Part shown: in pieces, positions 9,450-20,362 of the stretch
Layout: every line of letters starts with the position of its first letter
Numbering within the stretch: position 1 is the first letter of the stretch
Origin: an uncultured Desulfobacter sp.
GTDB lineage: Bacteria > Desulfobacterota > Desulfobacteria > Desulfobacterales > Desulfobacteraceae
Reading direction: 5' to 3'
DNA: 64,000 nt
Assembly: GCA_963665095.1 (NCBI GenBank)
Contig: OY762069.1
Location: 3,232,001 to 3,296,000 of the forward strand
Position numbers and translations under genes: made by a program
Notes under the pieces: generated by a model
What the model saw: the letters and a program-made list of their open reading frames with translations, nothing else
Database searches by the model: none
Told to the model about the DNA's origin: nothing

Positions 9450-11884
9450 ATGATAGAAATACAGATTGAAAACCAACAGCTCATCTCCCTTGCAGTTAAA
9501 TGCAAACTCATCTCTGCAAACCAGGAACAGGTCGTATTGTCCCGGCTGATTGAACTCTATCAGACAGATCCTGCGTATAGTGTGGTGACGATTTTCAAAG
9601 AAAGGAAAATTCTGACTCAGGAAAAAATCAACGCACTGATGGCCCTACGAAAACACCTGAAAACAAAAATGCTCGATAAGCGGTTCGGCGCAATCGGCAT
9701 CAGCAACCGGTTTATCTCCCCTGAGCATGTGGAAACCGCGCTGAATGACCAGGACGCCTATTTCCGGGAGAACCAGAAAAGCAAAAAAATCGGAGATATT
9801 CTTGTTGAAAAAAATGCGATAAGCAATGCCAATAAAACGGCAATTCTTCTTACCCAGGACAGAATCCAGGATGACTTTCTTGAACAGGCAATTTATGACA
9901 TTGCCACATCTGAGATAGAGCAGGTAACCATCAATAAGCGCTTCGGGGCCATTGCCGTTAAACATAATTTCATATCCATTGAACAACTCAATCAGGCGTT
10001 AAAGTTTCAAAAAAAAGAGGCTGGCGCAAAAAATAAGAAACGATATCTGGGTGGCATATTACAGGAGCTTTTTCAACTGACGGACCAGGAGGTTCTTTCG
10101 ATCTTAAAAATTCAAAAACAGTTTGAAAAGGAACGCTTATCTCTTGAGAAGGCAGTCACCCTTTACAAATCGGAAGTTTCTTCAAGCAAGCGGTTCAATC
10201 AGTTATTTGATTTCACGATTTCCAGAGATAAGATGGAAGCATTTATCCATCGCAAAAGAGAATCATTTGAAAAAATGGAACTGAGTCATTTCCATAACTG
10301 GTTAAAACTGAACGGCATTCGATCCGGATTAATCAGCAACGCACTGATCAATGTTTTTTTGTCTGACTCCGAAGTTGGTGAAAAATTAAAAATTGCCCAG
10401 GGGAAATACCCGACACTTCCCACTGACGAAACTGTTCAGTTTCATTTTGATACCACCTCAGCAACCAATACATCATCCACCGGTCTTAGGGCTGACGATC
10501 AAAACTTAAAGGCCCGGGTTAAAAAAGGAACCATTATAGCAAAACTGACCCCCCATAAGCCAGGAAAGCCAGGCAAGGATGTGATGGGGAACACCATATT
10601 GCCCCCTGAACCCAGGATGCATCTTTTGATGTGCGGTGATGGTGTGGTGAAAAAGGATTTAAATTTTATTGCTGTCCAGGATGGGGCGCCGGTGCTTTTC
10701 AAGCAAAGAACCCTGTTTATCGAACCTTGCGGCAGAGACAAGGAAACCAAAACATTAAAAGGACACGTTGAAACCGACACAAAAACAGCCTATGGTGATG
10801 TTAACTTAAAAGTTGAAGGAAACATCCAGGCCAACGGTGCGCTCATTTGCCACAACCTGTCAATCAAAGGGAATGTACTGGGAAAGGTGAATGCCTCCGG
10901 GGATATCCATATCCAAGGAGATATCGGAGAAAACGAATCCTTTGTCCAAAATTCTGAATATCGGACAATTATCTCGTCCGAGGGGAATCTGAAACTGTCA
11001 AAAATATTGCCCAGGCCAAGGTTGTGGCATCCAAAAATGTTGCCGCCCCGAACGCCAATGTGTTTTCAAGTGAAATCCATGCCATGGAAACCATTCTTCT
11101 AAACAACGTATATTCCAGAAAAGAACACCCCTCCATCCTTGAGATCGGCCACATCCCCAATTTCCGTGTAGAGGCTGTCAACCGTTTGATAGATAAAGAA
11201 ATAGCTGTTTTAAGAACATTTCAAAACCAGGACGAACTGGATCAGTTAGCCCTGAAATTACAACAATTTTCCCAGGCCCAAAACGACTATCTGGAAAAAG
11301 AACGAATTCTTTCATATCTTCTGAAAGTCTGCGATGCAGATGGACAAAAGCATATGGAATCCCTTGCAGATAAAATTCAATTATATGAGCCTGATTCGTC
11401 AGACAGTAGTGATGACCTGTTAAACAGTGAAAATGCTTTGGCCTATATGAACGAAGAAATCAAACAGGTCGAAGGGTTAAACTCCGAGCTGCAGAAGGAC
11501 CGTTTATCCCGGCGGCGGTTTGATATCTCCAAGCTTTACCGGACCGCGACCGAAAGGACAGAGCGGTATATGGCTGAATACCGGGTCCGGAAGAAAAGCA
11601 TTATGAAAAAAGTGGCTGAAAAGCAGCCTGAAATTAATTTTCAAAAACAGAAAATTGAAGAACTGAGGATTCAAAAGGATTTTCTTTTATTTCAAAACCG
11701 ACCTGCGGCACCGTCTTTTCAACCCGCCATCCGTGTTAAAAACATGGTCGAAAAACATACGGTTATCAAGGGACCCCATACTTGTGTAACCATCAAAACA
11801 AACATCTATGGCGTCAAAATCAGAGAGGTAAAAGATGCCGTTTCCGGGAATTACGAGCTCCTCATTGAAGGGTACTACGATTAA
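9450..11884 (+). pseudogene. FapA (DUF342) family protein with N-terminal MshEN-like repeats, split by a frameshift near 11000
   Basis: DUF342 motifs (VKKGTIIAKLTPHKPGKPGKDVMGNTI, GDVNLKVEGNI, ASGDIHIQG). One extra A in the A5 run at 11000-11004 would join ORF 9420-11102 to ORF 11024-11884 (SKNIAQAKVVASKNV). Confidence 0.75.
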
Positions 11885-11929
11885 CTTGTATCCAGGATGC
11901 GAAGGGAACGGGGAAATAGATATTTTTTT

Positions 11930-12943
11930 TCAATTTATGGATTGAAGCCGGTTCTTCAGGTATTGCTTGGGAAGGATGCCAAAACGTTTCCTGAACGCGT
12001 CACTGAAATGGCTGACATTGGTGTATCCCACCGCCCATGCCGTCTGACTGACATTGTTCCGGGTTTCATCCAGAAGTGTTCTTGCCTGTTGCATCCGGAA
12101 TGTACGGAAATAGTCAAACACGCTTTTTCCATATGCCTGCCTGAAACCTGTCTGAAGTTTAGCCGGGGTCAGGCCTGTCAGTTTCGCCAGTTCATCCAGG
12201 CACGGGGGGGACTGCAGATTCGAGATCAACAGATCCCGGGCCTCATGGATCTTTTGTTTCTCATCCAGGTTTAAAAACTGCCCCTTGGATGCCGAGGAAC
12301 TATTTGATGATGGGCAATTGGATGACTGACTGTAATCAAGCCCCAGGGCAGCCAGGTGCAGGCAGAGCAGTTCCAGGCTTTTTCCCTCCAGGTAAAGGGG
12401 CCAGGGAAAGGCATTGCTGGATGTATTTAACAGCTGGTACACAACCGCCTGTATATCCGGGGTCATGGGCCTGGTATTCAGAAATTCAATCTGTGACGCG
12501 CCTTTCAGGACCTCCTGAAGTTCCGGAGGCAAAACGTTGCAACCCTGTTTTATCAGGCTGCGGAAAAACGGCAGGGTCATATGAAGGTGCAGCAGCTGCT
12601 GTTTGGTTTCCGCAGGAATGGTAAACTTTCCGGACTGCCCGGTTTCCAGCCGGACACCGCTGAGCCCGTTTCTGGCCGACATCTCTTTAGGCCCTGAACT
12701 CAACCGGCTGGTCTGTTTTCGGATACTGCCTGAAATGACAAAGCCGAAATCTATGACCGGATATTGTTTTTCATATTCCAGGCAGACCGGCGTATCCGAG
12801 GAAAAGTTGATCATGCTCATCCAGAACCCGGGGCGCATACAGATCTCCTGGTGGCCGTCCGCCTGAAAACCGTTGTCACAATCCGCACCAGCTTTTCGGG
12901 ACGGCTTAAAGCAGAACAATTTTTCCTTACCGATCAAGGGCAT
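11930..12943 (-). CDS. AraC-family transcriptional regulator (PchR/YbtA-like)
   Basis: LYLEGKSLELL, PPCLDELAKLTGL, NVSQTAWAVGYTNVSHFSDAFRKRFGILP. Confidence 0.92.
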   Translation of the reverse strand: MPLIGKEKLFCFKPSRKAGADCDNGFQADGHQEICMRPGFWMSMINFSSDTPVCLEYEKQYPVIDFGFVISGSIRKQTSRLSSGPKEMSARNGLSGVRLETGQSGKFTIPAETKQQLLHLHMTLPFFRSLIKQGCNVLPPELQEVLKGASQIEFLNTRPMTPDIQAVVYQLLNTSSNAFPWPLYLEGKSLELLCLHLAALGLDYSQSSNCPSSNSSSASKGQFLNLDEKQKIHEARDLLISNLQSPPCLDELAKLTGLTPAKLQTGFRQAYGKSVFDYFRTFRMQQARTLLDETRNNVSQTAWAVGYTNVSHFSDAFRKRFGILPKQYLKNRLQSIN

Positions 12944-13076
12944 CCCGCCTCCTTTTCTGTGTTGTATTTTAAAGATATGTAAACAGCCCCATGACCCGGA
13001 TTAAATCAAGCATTCGTTATCCTTTCCTTGAAAATGGACATTGACCACCTTCAATAGATGGAAGATACGGGCCGGG

Positions 13077-13277
13077 CTACACATCCAGGGCAAATCGGCT
13101 TAAGTATGCATCCAGGGCAGCCCTGGATTTTTCTTCAAGAAATGGACAGTCATCTACCCCTTTGGCCCCCTCGGCCAGCCTGAGGGCAAATACCATGCAG
13201 GTGGGCTGGCGGCATTCCCGGCAGTTGGTACACGGCAGATGTTTTAAGATTTCCAGGTTAAAGGTTTTAAGCAGCAT
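13077..13277 (-). pseudogene. (Fe-S)-binding protein, probably internally deleted
   Basis: LPCTNCRECRQPTCMVFA...DDCPFL four-Cys FeS domain preceded by only about 10 residues. Strong GGAGAGGA RBS. Confidence 0.65.
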
Positions 13278-13338
13278 TTTATCCTCTCCAAAAACAATTC
13301 GCGTGTTTTTTTATATGTTAATTCCAGTCAAATCCATT

Positions 13339-13368
13339 TTCTACCCCGATCCGCATCATTTTTACCCG
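13339..13368 (-). promoter_or_regulatory. Tandem AraC-type operator, copy 1
   Basis: CGGGTAAAA and GGGGTAGAA 21 bp apart on the minus strand, with TAACAT 18 nt downstream. Confidence 0.65.
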
Positions 13369-13518
13369 GAAAACGTGGTTTTCGTCTGAGAATCAGCCAG
13401 TTTTTAAATTAATTTTATTTGATCCCACAACTTTATTATTGCAATACAGACTATTAAAGTCTCACAAAAAAATGTTATAAGAACATTTAACGATAACGAA
13501 TTTACCTGGGACATTGCT

Positions 13519-14526
13519 ATGACTTCCCCGCGGAGAAATACAAACGACCGGTTTCAACCGGAATGGCCGGCTGACCAAGCTACCGGACTAAACGGCAACC
13601 CCCTGATGCACAGCATTCCGGACTCAGAAAAATCAGCAGTCCAACGCTGCTGTCAGGAATATCAGATACAGGCGGGGTTCAGCGTCAGCCTGTTTGACGT
13701 CGAACCTGAAGACGATTTATGCCTGTCCTTTGAAAGGGACCAGCCCACGCTTAATTTTGGATTTGTCCTTTCCGGAAACTTCACAAACCGCATCAAAGCG
13801 CCGGGACTGAACCCAAAGGGATTTTCCAATCAGGCCGGTGCCGGTGGTATTACTTTTCTTCCCCGCCAGGAGGGCTGTATTTCCATTCCCGGAAACCAGC
13901 GGGTCACCCTGGTTCACATCCATCTTTCCCCGCAGCTGTTCCATTCTCTTTTTTATCCGGACCGGGATAATCTTCCCAAAGGGCTTCAATTTGTAATGGA
14001 CGGGCGCCAGAATCACTCCTGGTCTTTCAGGTCCGGCATTTCCATGCATGCCAGGGACTGTCTGAACCGATTGATGGCAGGCCCTGCGCCGGGCACACCT
14101 GTCCGCATTTTTTACCAGGCTATCGCCCTGGACCTTCTTGCCGGCCAGATTGCCCGGGCCAATACCGCAGCTATCCCCGTGGCAGGGTTAAGCCGGGATG
14201 AGCGGGACCGCGTGGCCCATGCAAGAGAGCTGCTGGTCCGGGATCTTACCTCTCCTCCCGGCCTTAAACAACTGGCCCGGACAACCGGCCTGAACATGAA
14301 TAAACTCCAGCAGGGATTTCGCTGTCTGTACGGGGTTTCGGTCTTCCAGTATCTCCAGTCGTTCAGGGTAAAGGAGGCCAACCGCCTTTTTCACGAAACC
14401 GATATGAATGTCAGCCAGGCTGCCTTTGCTGTGGGCTACACCAATGTCAGCCACTTCAGCCGGGCCTATAAAAAACATTTCAACACCCTTCCTAAAAAAC
14501 ATCTGACCTGCATTAAAAGTGGATAG
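13519..14526 (+). CDS. AraC-family transcriptional regulator (PchR/YbtA-like)
   Basis: PPGLKQLARTTGLN, MNVSQAAFAVGYTNVSHFSRAYKKHF. Confidence 0.92.
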   Translation: MTSPRRNTNDRFQPEWPADQATGLNGNPLMHSIPDSEKSAVQRCCQEYQIQAGFSVSLFDVEPEDDLCLSFERDQPTLNFGFVLSGNFTNRIKAPGLNPKGFSNQAGAGGITFLPRQEGCISIPGNQRVTLVHIHLSPQLFHSLFYPDRDNLPKGLQFVMDGRQNHSWSFRSGISMHARDCLNRLMAGPAPGTPVRIFYQAIALDLLAGQIARANTAAIPVAGLSRDERDRVAHARELLVRDLTSPPGLKQLARTTGLNMNKLQQGFRCLYGVSVFQYLQSFRVKEANRLFHETDMNVSQAAFAVGYTNVSHFSRAYKKHFNTLPKKHLTCIKSG

Positions 14527-14610
14527 GCATACAGCCAGGCGGAAACCGGGTATAAAACTGGTGAGTTTTAATGGAGACTTTTTTATAAAAATCTAAACTC
14601 TGAGGACACT

Positions 14611-15582
14611 GTGAACATAAGTCTAAGTACGCCCCAAAATAACTGTGCAGGGGATGTCCCCTTTCCCGGGACCATGGGGCATACAACCCGACGTTCAATT
14701 CCGGTGACAGCCAGCCCTAGCTTCATGGAAGAACGGGTACTTGATAAGGGTTTCTCCCTATATCTTACTGAATTACTTCCTTCAACTCCGGTGGTGATGT
14801 CCTCGGATACCTGGCCAACTGGATTTGGCTGGGTTTTTATAATTTCAGGGCGTATATTTTACCATCATGACTCCTTTGGCCGTGAAATCAGGATGGAGGC
14901 CGGCATGAACCGGCTGGCATTCCAGCCCGGGGCATCGGGCTCAGCCCGTCTGTGCCCGGGAGATCCCATCCGAATAGTCACCATTACGCTCTCCCAGGAA
15001 CGGTTCGTCCAGACCATGGCCTCGGATATTGCCCATCTGCCCGAAGGCTTCCGGCGTGCATGCCGGAAACCGGACAGTCCGGGGATTTTTGCGTTAAACC
15101 ACAATACCTGGGACATTCAGGCCGCATTGTCCAGGTTAGTTGCAATCCTTTCCTGTCCCGGAGCATCAGAACTTTTGGTTAAAGGCCTGGCCCTGGAGCT
15201 CATGGGCCTTCAAACCATGCAGTTTTCCAAAGAAGTGTGCCGGACAATCTCTTCTAAAGAGCAGGAAAAGATCATTCAGGCCCAAAGCCTTTTAACCGGG
15301 GCTATGGAGAATCCGCCAAAACTTACGGAACTTGCACGCCGCGTCGGCTTGACCCCCAACCGCCTGAGCCAGGGGTTCAAGGCGGTATACGGGGCCACCC
15401 CCTTTGTCTGTTTAAAACGGGCCAGATTGGAACGGGCCCAAGAACTTCTGGCAACCCGGCAGATGAATGTCACTGAAACAGCCATGGCTGTGGGTTACGA
15501 TTCACTGAGCCACTTCTCCAAAGCTTTCTATAATCATTTCAAACGTAAACCCTGTGAAGTCAAGTCGCGTATTCTGCCTTAA
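14611..15582 (+). CDS. AraC-family transcriptional regulator (PchR/YbtA-like)
   Basis: PPKLTELARRVGL, MNVTETAMAVGYDSLSHFSKAF. Start codon uncertain. Confidence 0.9.
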   Translation: MNISLSTPQNNCAGDVPFPGTMGHTTRRSIPVTASPSFMEERVLDKGFSLYLTELLPSTPVVMSSDTWPTGFGWVFIISGRIFYHHDSFGREIRMEAGMNRLAFQPGASGSARLCPGDPIRIVTITLSQERFVQTMASDIAHLPEGFRRACRKPDSPGIFALNHNTWDIQAALSRLVAILSCPGASELLVKGLALELMGLQTMQFSKEVCRTISSKEQEKIIQAQSLLTGAMENPPKLTELARRVGLTPNRLSQGFKAVYGATPFVCLKRARLERAQELLATRQMNVTETAMAVGYDSLSHFSKAFYNHFKRKPCEVKSRILP

Positions 15583-15678
15583 ATATTAAATCACAAAAAA
15601 TTAATATTGCACCGTTAGCGCCCCTGAGCTGAGTACCGTATAAGCCTGAAAGTTACAAACAGATTTTCAGGAGCGTGT

Positions 15679-16929
15679 ATGGTTCCACAAAAGATTGGCA
15701 AACTGGCATTTTTTTTTATTGCCTACCTGGGACAGCATACCCCGGTGGGGTTTATCTGGCTGGCCCTGCCGGTGATTTTCAGGGACAATGGCGTCAGCCT
15801 GTCAAAAATCGGGTTGGTCGGGCTGCTGTATACACCCTGGGCGTTGAAATTTTTGTATGCCCCGGTGGTGGACCGCGTTGCTCTGCCCTTTCTAAAAGGG
15901 CGGAAAAGAGCCTGGATAATTCTGAGTCGCACACTGGCGCTACTCTGCCTTGTTTTTCTCTCCTTTTTTCCTCCGGACACAGAGGTATTTATGGTGTTCT
16001 GTCTGGTACTGATGATGAATACGGCTTTCGCCCTTGGCGATATAGCCCTGGATGGGGCTGGGGCTGATATGTTTGAGCCCTGGGAGCGAACCTGGGGAGC
16101 CGGAATACAAATGACGGGAAACTTTACGGGGTTCATGGTGGGCGGGGGACTGTTTCTTATTGTATTTCAGTATCTGGGCTGGGCTTTTACCCTCCGGGGC
16201 CTGACGCTTTTTCTTTTAATATTATCCCTTCCCCTTTGGTTCTTAAAGGAAAAACAAAACGCCTTTATGCTCCAAAATCCGCATCCCCGGGTGGATGTCA
16301 AAAAATTTGTCGGCAGCACCCGGACCTGTGGATTTTTTATTTTTCTAATTTGTATGGCCCTGGCGCTGAAATCGGGTTATCAGCTTCGTCTCACCTTGCT
16401 TCACGATATCGGATTTTCCCCCAGGCGTATCGGCAACCTGATGCTGTGGGCAGGCTCTCCGGTAGCCATCGCCGGCACCTTTCTGGGCAGTTTTCTGAGC
16501 CGACATGTCCGGGCTGGCCAGCTGTTTGCCTGGGGATGCACCGGTGCGGCGCTGGTGGCGGCCATGTCTTGGGCGCTTGCAACAGGCATCTCGCACAGTC
16601 TGGTGATGATTGTCCTTACCATGGGGACTGAACAGCTGCTGATGGGCACTTTGATGACCGGCATTTATTCCCTGATTCTTGGTGCCAGTGCCGGTCCCCA
16701 GTCTTCAACCAATTTCGGCATCCTGTGCGGGGTGCAGCACTTGACAACCTTTGCGGCGGTTTTTTTGGGGGGATGGGCCGGGCAGCACCTGGGATACAGG
16801 ACTGTTTTCGCGCTCTTGACGCTGCTGTGCGTCATTTTGATTATACCGGTCCGGGCTTTGTTTTTTACAGCCATGAAGCACCTGGACCGGATCTTATTAT
16901 TACCAAAACAGAAAGGAATAGTTTCATGA
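15679..16929 (+). CDS. MFS transporter, AmpG/RhtX/FptX-like
   Basis: About 12 hydrophobic segments; PWALKFLYAPVVDR, RKRAWI, DIALDG. Confidence 0.85.
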   Translation: MVPQKIGKLAFFFIAYLGQHTPVGFIWLALPVIFRDNGVSLSKIGLVGLLYTPWALKFLYAPVVDRVALPFLKGRKRAWIILSRTLALLCLVFLSFFPPDTEVFMVFCLVLMMNTAFALGDIALDGAGADMFEPWERTWGAGIQMTGNFTGFMVGGGLFLIVFQYLGWAFTLRGLTLFLLILSLPLWFLKEKQNAFMLQNPHPRVDVKKFVGSTRTCGFFIFLICMALALKSGYQLRLTLLHDIGFSPRRIGNLMLWAGSPVAIAGTFLGSFLSRHVRAGQLFAWGCTGAALVAAMSWALATGISHSLVMIVLTMGTEQLLMGTLMTGIYSLILGASAGPQSSTNFGILCGVQHLTTFAAVFLGGWAGQHLGYRTVFALLTLLCVILIIPVRALFFTAMKHLDRILLLPKQKGIVS

Positions 16930-17939
16930 CAGCCCAATCCGGGTTTTCCCGTTTGTTTGAAATGCACCAGGGTATCTTTTATACCCGTTTGCTTCACCAG
17001 GCCATCGACCTGAAGGTGTTTGACCACCTTGTCACAAAGAAGACTGCGCCCTGCCTGGCTGACTGCCTCTGTACCCATTCCGGCGCCACGCTTCATTTTT
17101 TAAGAGGCCTTGCTGCCGCAGGGCTTTTAGAGGTTGACGACGGTTATTTTGTTAATTCAGATCTTTCCCAATCCTTCCTGGTTACAGGAACCCCGGAATA
17201 TCTGGGTGAATACCTGAATAATCACGCCCGGTGGAACCTGCCTCTTTTTTCCCAACTGGACACCATCCTGAAAAACGGACCGTCCACTCCTGAAAAGCAG
17301 GCAGATGACCAGGCAATCTGGGCCGGGGAGGCCCGGGCGCTGGTAAACTTCCAAAGAGTCTGTACAGGTCCAATCCTTGCCCGGAACATCAAAAAGCTTC
17401 CCGGCTCAGAAAAATTTAAGCGGATGCTGGACCTTGGCGGCGGACCAGGACTGAATGCAGTGGCTGTTTTAAAGGAACATCCGGGCATGACCGGAGCTGT
17501 GCTGGACCGCCCTGCCGTAATTCGGGTGGCCAGAGAACAGATCCAACTGGAAAAAATTGACCGGCGTCTTGATGTGATGAGCGGCGATTTCACCCGGGAT
17601 GATCTGGGTTCCGGGTGGGATCTTATCATGGCCACAGCCTGCCTGAATTTTGCCGGAAAAAATCTTGGTTCTCTGGTGGCCAGAATTTTTAACGCCCTTG
17701 CCCCGGGGGGTGTTTTTGTCTCTGTGCATGACGGCATGTCCAGGGACAGGACAAGGCCTCCAGAAATTGCCTTGAGCTGGCTGCCCGTATCCATGATGTG
17801 GCAGGAGTTGTGTCTGGACCAGGGCCAGATTCCAGATGCCATGGAGACAGCTGGATTCAAGACCATTCGGTCCAGGACCATTGCATACGGACTTGGCTCC
17901 ATGGAGCTGGATATTGCGATAAAAGCGTCAGAGAAATAA
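16926..17939 (+). CDS. SAM-dependent O-methyltransferase (dimerisation domain plus class I domain)
   Basis: MLDLGGGPG, AVLDRPAV, SGDFTRDDL. The ATG at 16926 overlaps the MFS stop (ATGA). Confidence 0.88.
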   Translation: MTAQSGFSRLFEMHQGIFYTRLLHQAIDLKVFDHLVTKKTAPCLADCLCTHSGATLHFLRGLAAAGLLEVDDGYFVNSDLSQSFLVTGTPEYLGEYLNNHARWNLPLFSQLDTILKNGPSTPEKQADDQAIWAGEARALVNFQRVCTGPILARNIKKLPGSEKFKRMLDLGGGPGLNAVAVLKEHPGMTGAVLDRPAVIRVAREQIQLEKIDRRLDVMSGDFTRDDLGSGWDLIMATACLNFAGKNLGSLVARIFNALAPGGVFVSVHDGMSRDRTRPPEIALSWLPVSMMWQELCLDQGQIPDAMETAGFKTIRSRTIAYGLGSMELDIAIKASEK

Positions 17940-17970
17940 AATTTTTAATACTTAAAATAAAGGAAGAATA

Positions 17971-20082
17971 ATGAACACCCAAGTAAAATGGTTTCTAACG
18001 GGTATTGCATGTATTATTCTGTGTGCGTCAACGGCTCCGGCACAGGAAACCGCCGATCCGAAAGATGTATTGGACACCCTCACGGTCACAGCCCAGAAAC
18101 GGGAGGAAAACCTTCAGGATGTGCCCATATCCGTTGATCTGTTTACAGATATGACCTTGGGGGATTACGGGCTGAATACCATGTCTGACGTGACCATGCA
18201 GTCCGCCAATGTATTTATGAAAACCAATACCGCCGAAAGCCCCTTGATCATACGAGGGATCTCTTCGTTTAAAAGTGCTATTTTTTCTCCGGCCGGTTTT
18301 TATGTGGATGATGTCTCCATGCCGTTGAGCTATATGACAAATCCCGATCTTCTGGATCTTAAGCGCATTGAAATCCTCAAAGGTCCGCAGGGCACGCTTT
18401 ACGGCAGAAATACCCTGTCCGGCCTGGTTAACCTGGTAACCCGCAAGCCCGATAATGAGACCCGGGGCCAGGTGACACTTGAAACAGGGGTCTATGATTC
18501 AAAGAATGACGGAATGTTTTACCGGGCCGGGGCCATGTTTTCCGGGCCCATAAAAAAAGATCTTTTGTTTCTGGGCGTATCGGTTCAGGGGCTCAATTCG
18601 GACGGCTTCAGGACAGACATCGCAACCGGGGACCCGGAGACCGCTTCCAAGGAGCATTATGATGCCCGGGGGACACTTCGCTACACCCCGTCAGATGCGC
18701 TGGATATCTCGTTTACAGCCAGTGGCTGCAACCACAATGACGGATTTGGGGTGTACCGCCTGGTCACCGGTGCCTCTGCCACACCATCCCACACGGTGAA
18801 CAGCGGGGACCCGGGCCTGGGGTTAAATGAAGACAGCGATTTTCAAAACCTAAAGGTGAATTACCAGGGTCAGGGGTGGCATCTTGTCTCAATCACCAGC
18901 CGCATGGCCTATGATATCGATTATACCTCTGATATGGATTTTGCCGGTGGAGCCATGTACTCCGGTTTTGGCTTTGACGACACCCAATGGTCCCAGGAAA
19001 TTCGAATCGCTTCGGATGGCTCCGGGGTATGGGACTGGCTTGCGGGGGCGTACGGCTTTCATGAGGACACCGGCACTTACCTGGATATCCAAAGTGCTAA
19101 TTTCCACATGTGGCACCCTGAGGCAGACATAGAAACAAACGGGGCGGCCCTGTTTTCCCAGGTGACCTGGCACTGGCATCCCAAATGGGAAATCACAGGC
19201 GGGCTGAGATGGGACCACCAGGAGCTGTCCGGTCAGGTAAACAACGATGTCACCACCATGATGTCTTCACTGCCAGCCTGCCAGAATTTTTCCGAAGACC
19301 TTTCCTATGACGAGCTGTTGCCCAAGATCGCCCTGGGGTATGCCCCCGGTTCCTGGGCAAACATATATGCCAGTGCTGCCAAGGGCTATCAGACGGGCGG
19401 TTACAATTACTCCATGGTGATGTCGGATGAAACCTTCACCTATGATCCGGAATATTCCTGGAACTATGAACTGGGCATGAAAACCGTTTTTTTTAATAAC
19501 CGGCTGCGGGTGAATACCAGTCTGTTTTATGTGGATATCACGGATAAACAGCTATACGTGAACAATCCAAATGTGACCAGCCTTCCCATGGCTCCGGACA
19601 TCACTAATGCAGGCAAAGCACATACCTGCGGTGCTGAACTCGGAATATACGCAGATCCGAAACCCGGCATCAGCCTGTTTGCCACTCTGGGGTTGCTAAA
19701 AACAGAAATTGACCAGTGGACAAACACCTCAAGCAATGGAACAGTTGATTACTCCGGCAACGAGCTTCCCTATTCACCGCATTATTCTGTTTCTGCCGGC
19801 GGCACCTACCGTGTGTCAAACGGTCTTTTTATTGGAGCGGATCTTACCCGCATGGGGTCATACTATGGACAGGCGGCCAACACTCAGAAACAAAGCGCCT
19901 TTGAACTGGTTAATCTGCGAGTGGGTTATGAGGCGGAATCCTTTGACCTGATTTTATGGTGTAAAAATGTTTTTGACCAGGAGTACTTTACTCTGCTTGA
20001 TGAAATGTCCAGCACAGGGGCTCTTAAAGCGGTGGAGGGAGACCCAAGGACGTTCGGGGTGACCTTGACCTACAGATTCTAA
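17971..20082 (+). CDS. TonB-dependent receptor (FyuA-like)
   Basis: Signal peptide, DTLTVTAQKREE TonB box, RIEILKGPQGTLYGRN plug motif, C-terminal PRTFGVTLTYRF. Confidence 0.95.
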   Translation: MNTQVKWFLTGIACIILCASTAPAQETADPKDVLDTLTVTAQKREENLQDVPISVDLFTDMTLGDYGLNTMSDVTMQSANVFMKTNTAESPLIIRGISSFKSAIFSPAGFYVDDVSMPLSYMTNPDLLDLKRIEILKGPQGTLYGRNTLSGLVNLVTRKPDNETRGQVTLETGVYDSKNDGMFYRAGAMFSGPIKKDLLFLGVSVQGLNSDGFRTDIATGDPETASKEHYDARGTLRYTPSDALDISFTASGCNHNDGFGVYRLVTGASATPSHTVNSGDPGLGLNEDSDFQNLKVNYQGQGWHLVSITSRMAYDIDYTSDMDFAGGAMYSGFGFDDTQWSQEIRIASDGSGVWDWLAGAYGFHEDTGTYLDIQSANFHMWHPEADIETNGAALFSQVTWHWHPKWEITGGLRWDHQELSGQVNNDVTTMMSSLPACQNFSEDLSYDELLPKIALGYAPGSWANIYASAAKGYQTGGYNYSMVMSDETFTYDPEYSWNYELGMKTVFFNNRLRVNTSLFYVDITDKQLYVNNPNVTSLPMAPDITNAGKAHTCGAELGIYADPKPGISLFATLGLLKTEIDQWTNTSSNGTVDYSGNELPYSPHYSVSAGGTYRVSNGLFIGADLTRMGSYYGQAANTQKQSAFELVNLRVGYEAESFDLILWCKNVFDQEYFTLLDEMSSTGALKAVEGDPRTFGVTLTYRF

Positions 20083-20114
20083 CAAAATTTCTGCCAGGTA
20101 TTTTCCTATACCTC

Positions 20115-20144
20115 TTTGCCGGCCAGAGTGTCCTGGCCGGCAAA
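20115..20144 (+). terminator. Hairpin after TonB receptor 1
   Basis: tttgccggccag-N6-ctggccggcaaa, 12-bp stem. Confidence 0.6.
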
Positions 20145-20224
20145 ACATCTCAACCCTGCCCCACAATACATACGACCTAAATTACACATGATTATCCGTC
20201 AGCCCGTCGTTATTTGTGTGTTTC

Positions 20225-20254
20225 GGGGCATAAATCGGGTGGACCCGAGTAGAA
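20225..20254 (+). promoter_or_regulatory. Tandem AraC-type operator, copy 2
   Basis: GGGGCATAA and CGAGTAGAA 21 bp apart, with TATATC 18 nt downstream. Confidence 0.6.
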
Positions 20255-20362
20255 ACCGCCGGCCTGTTAATCTATATCTCCTTAAAGTTTTGCTAACCGA
20301 ATCTTTTTAGGAGTTAAAATGAAAATTAACGCTGTTCTTTTTAATCCCCGGGGCAGGTGGGT

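Noticed and set aside
13400..13510. Possible Fur box upstream of the AraC genes
   Set aside because: AT-rich, but no convincing 19-bp palindrome.
16725..16925. N-terminal extension of the O-methyltransferase in the ORF track
   Set aside because: It overlaps the MFS gene by 200 bp; the ATGA-coupled start at 16926 is more plausible.
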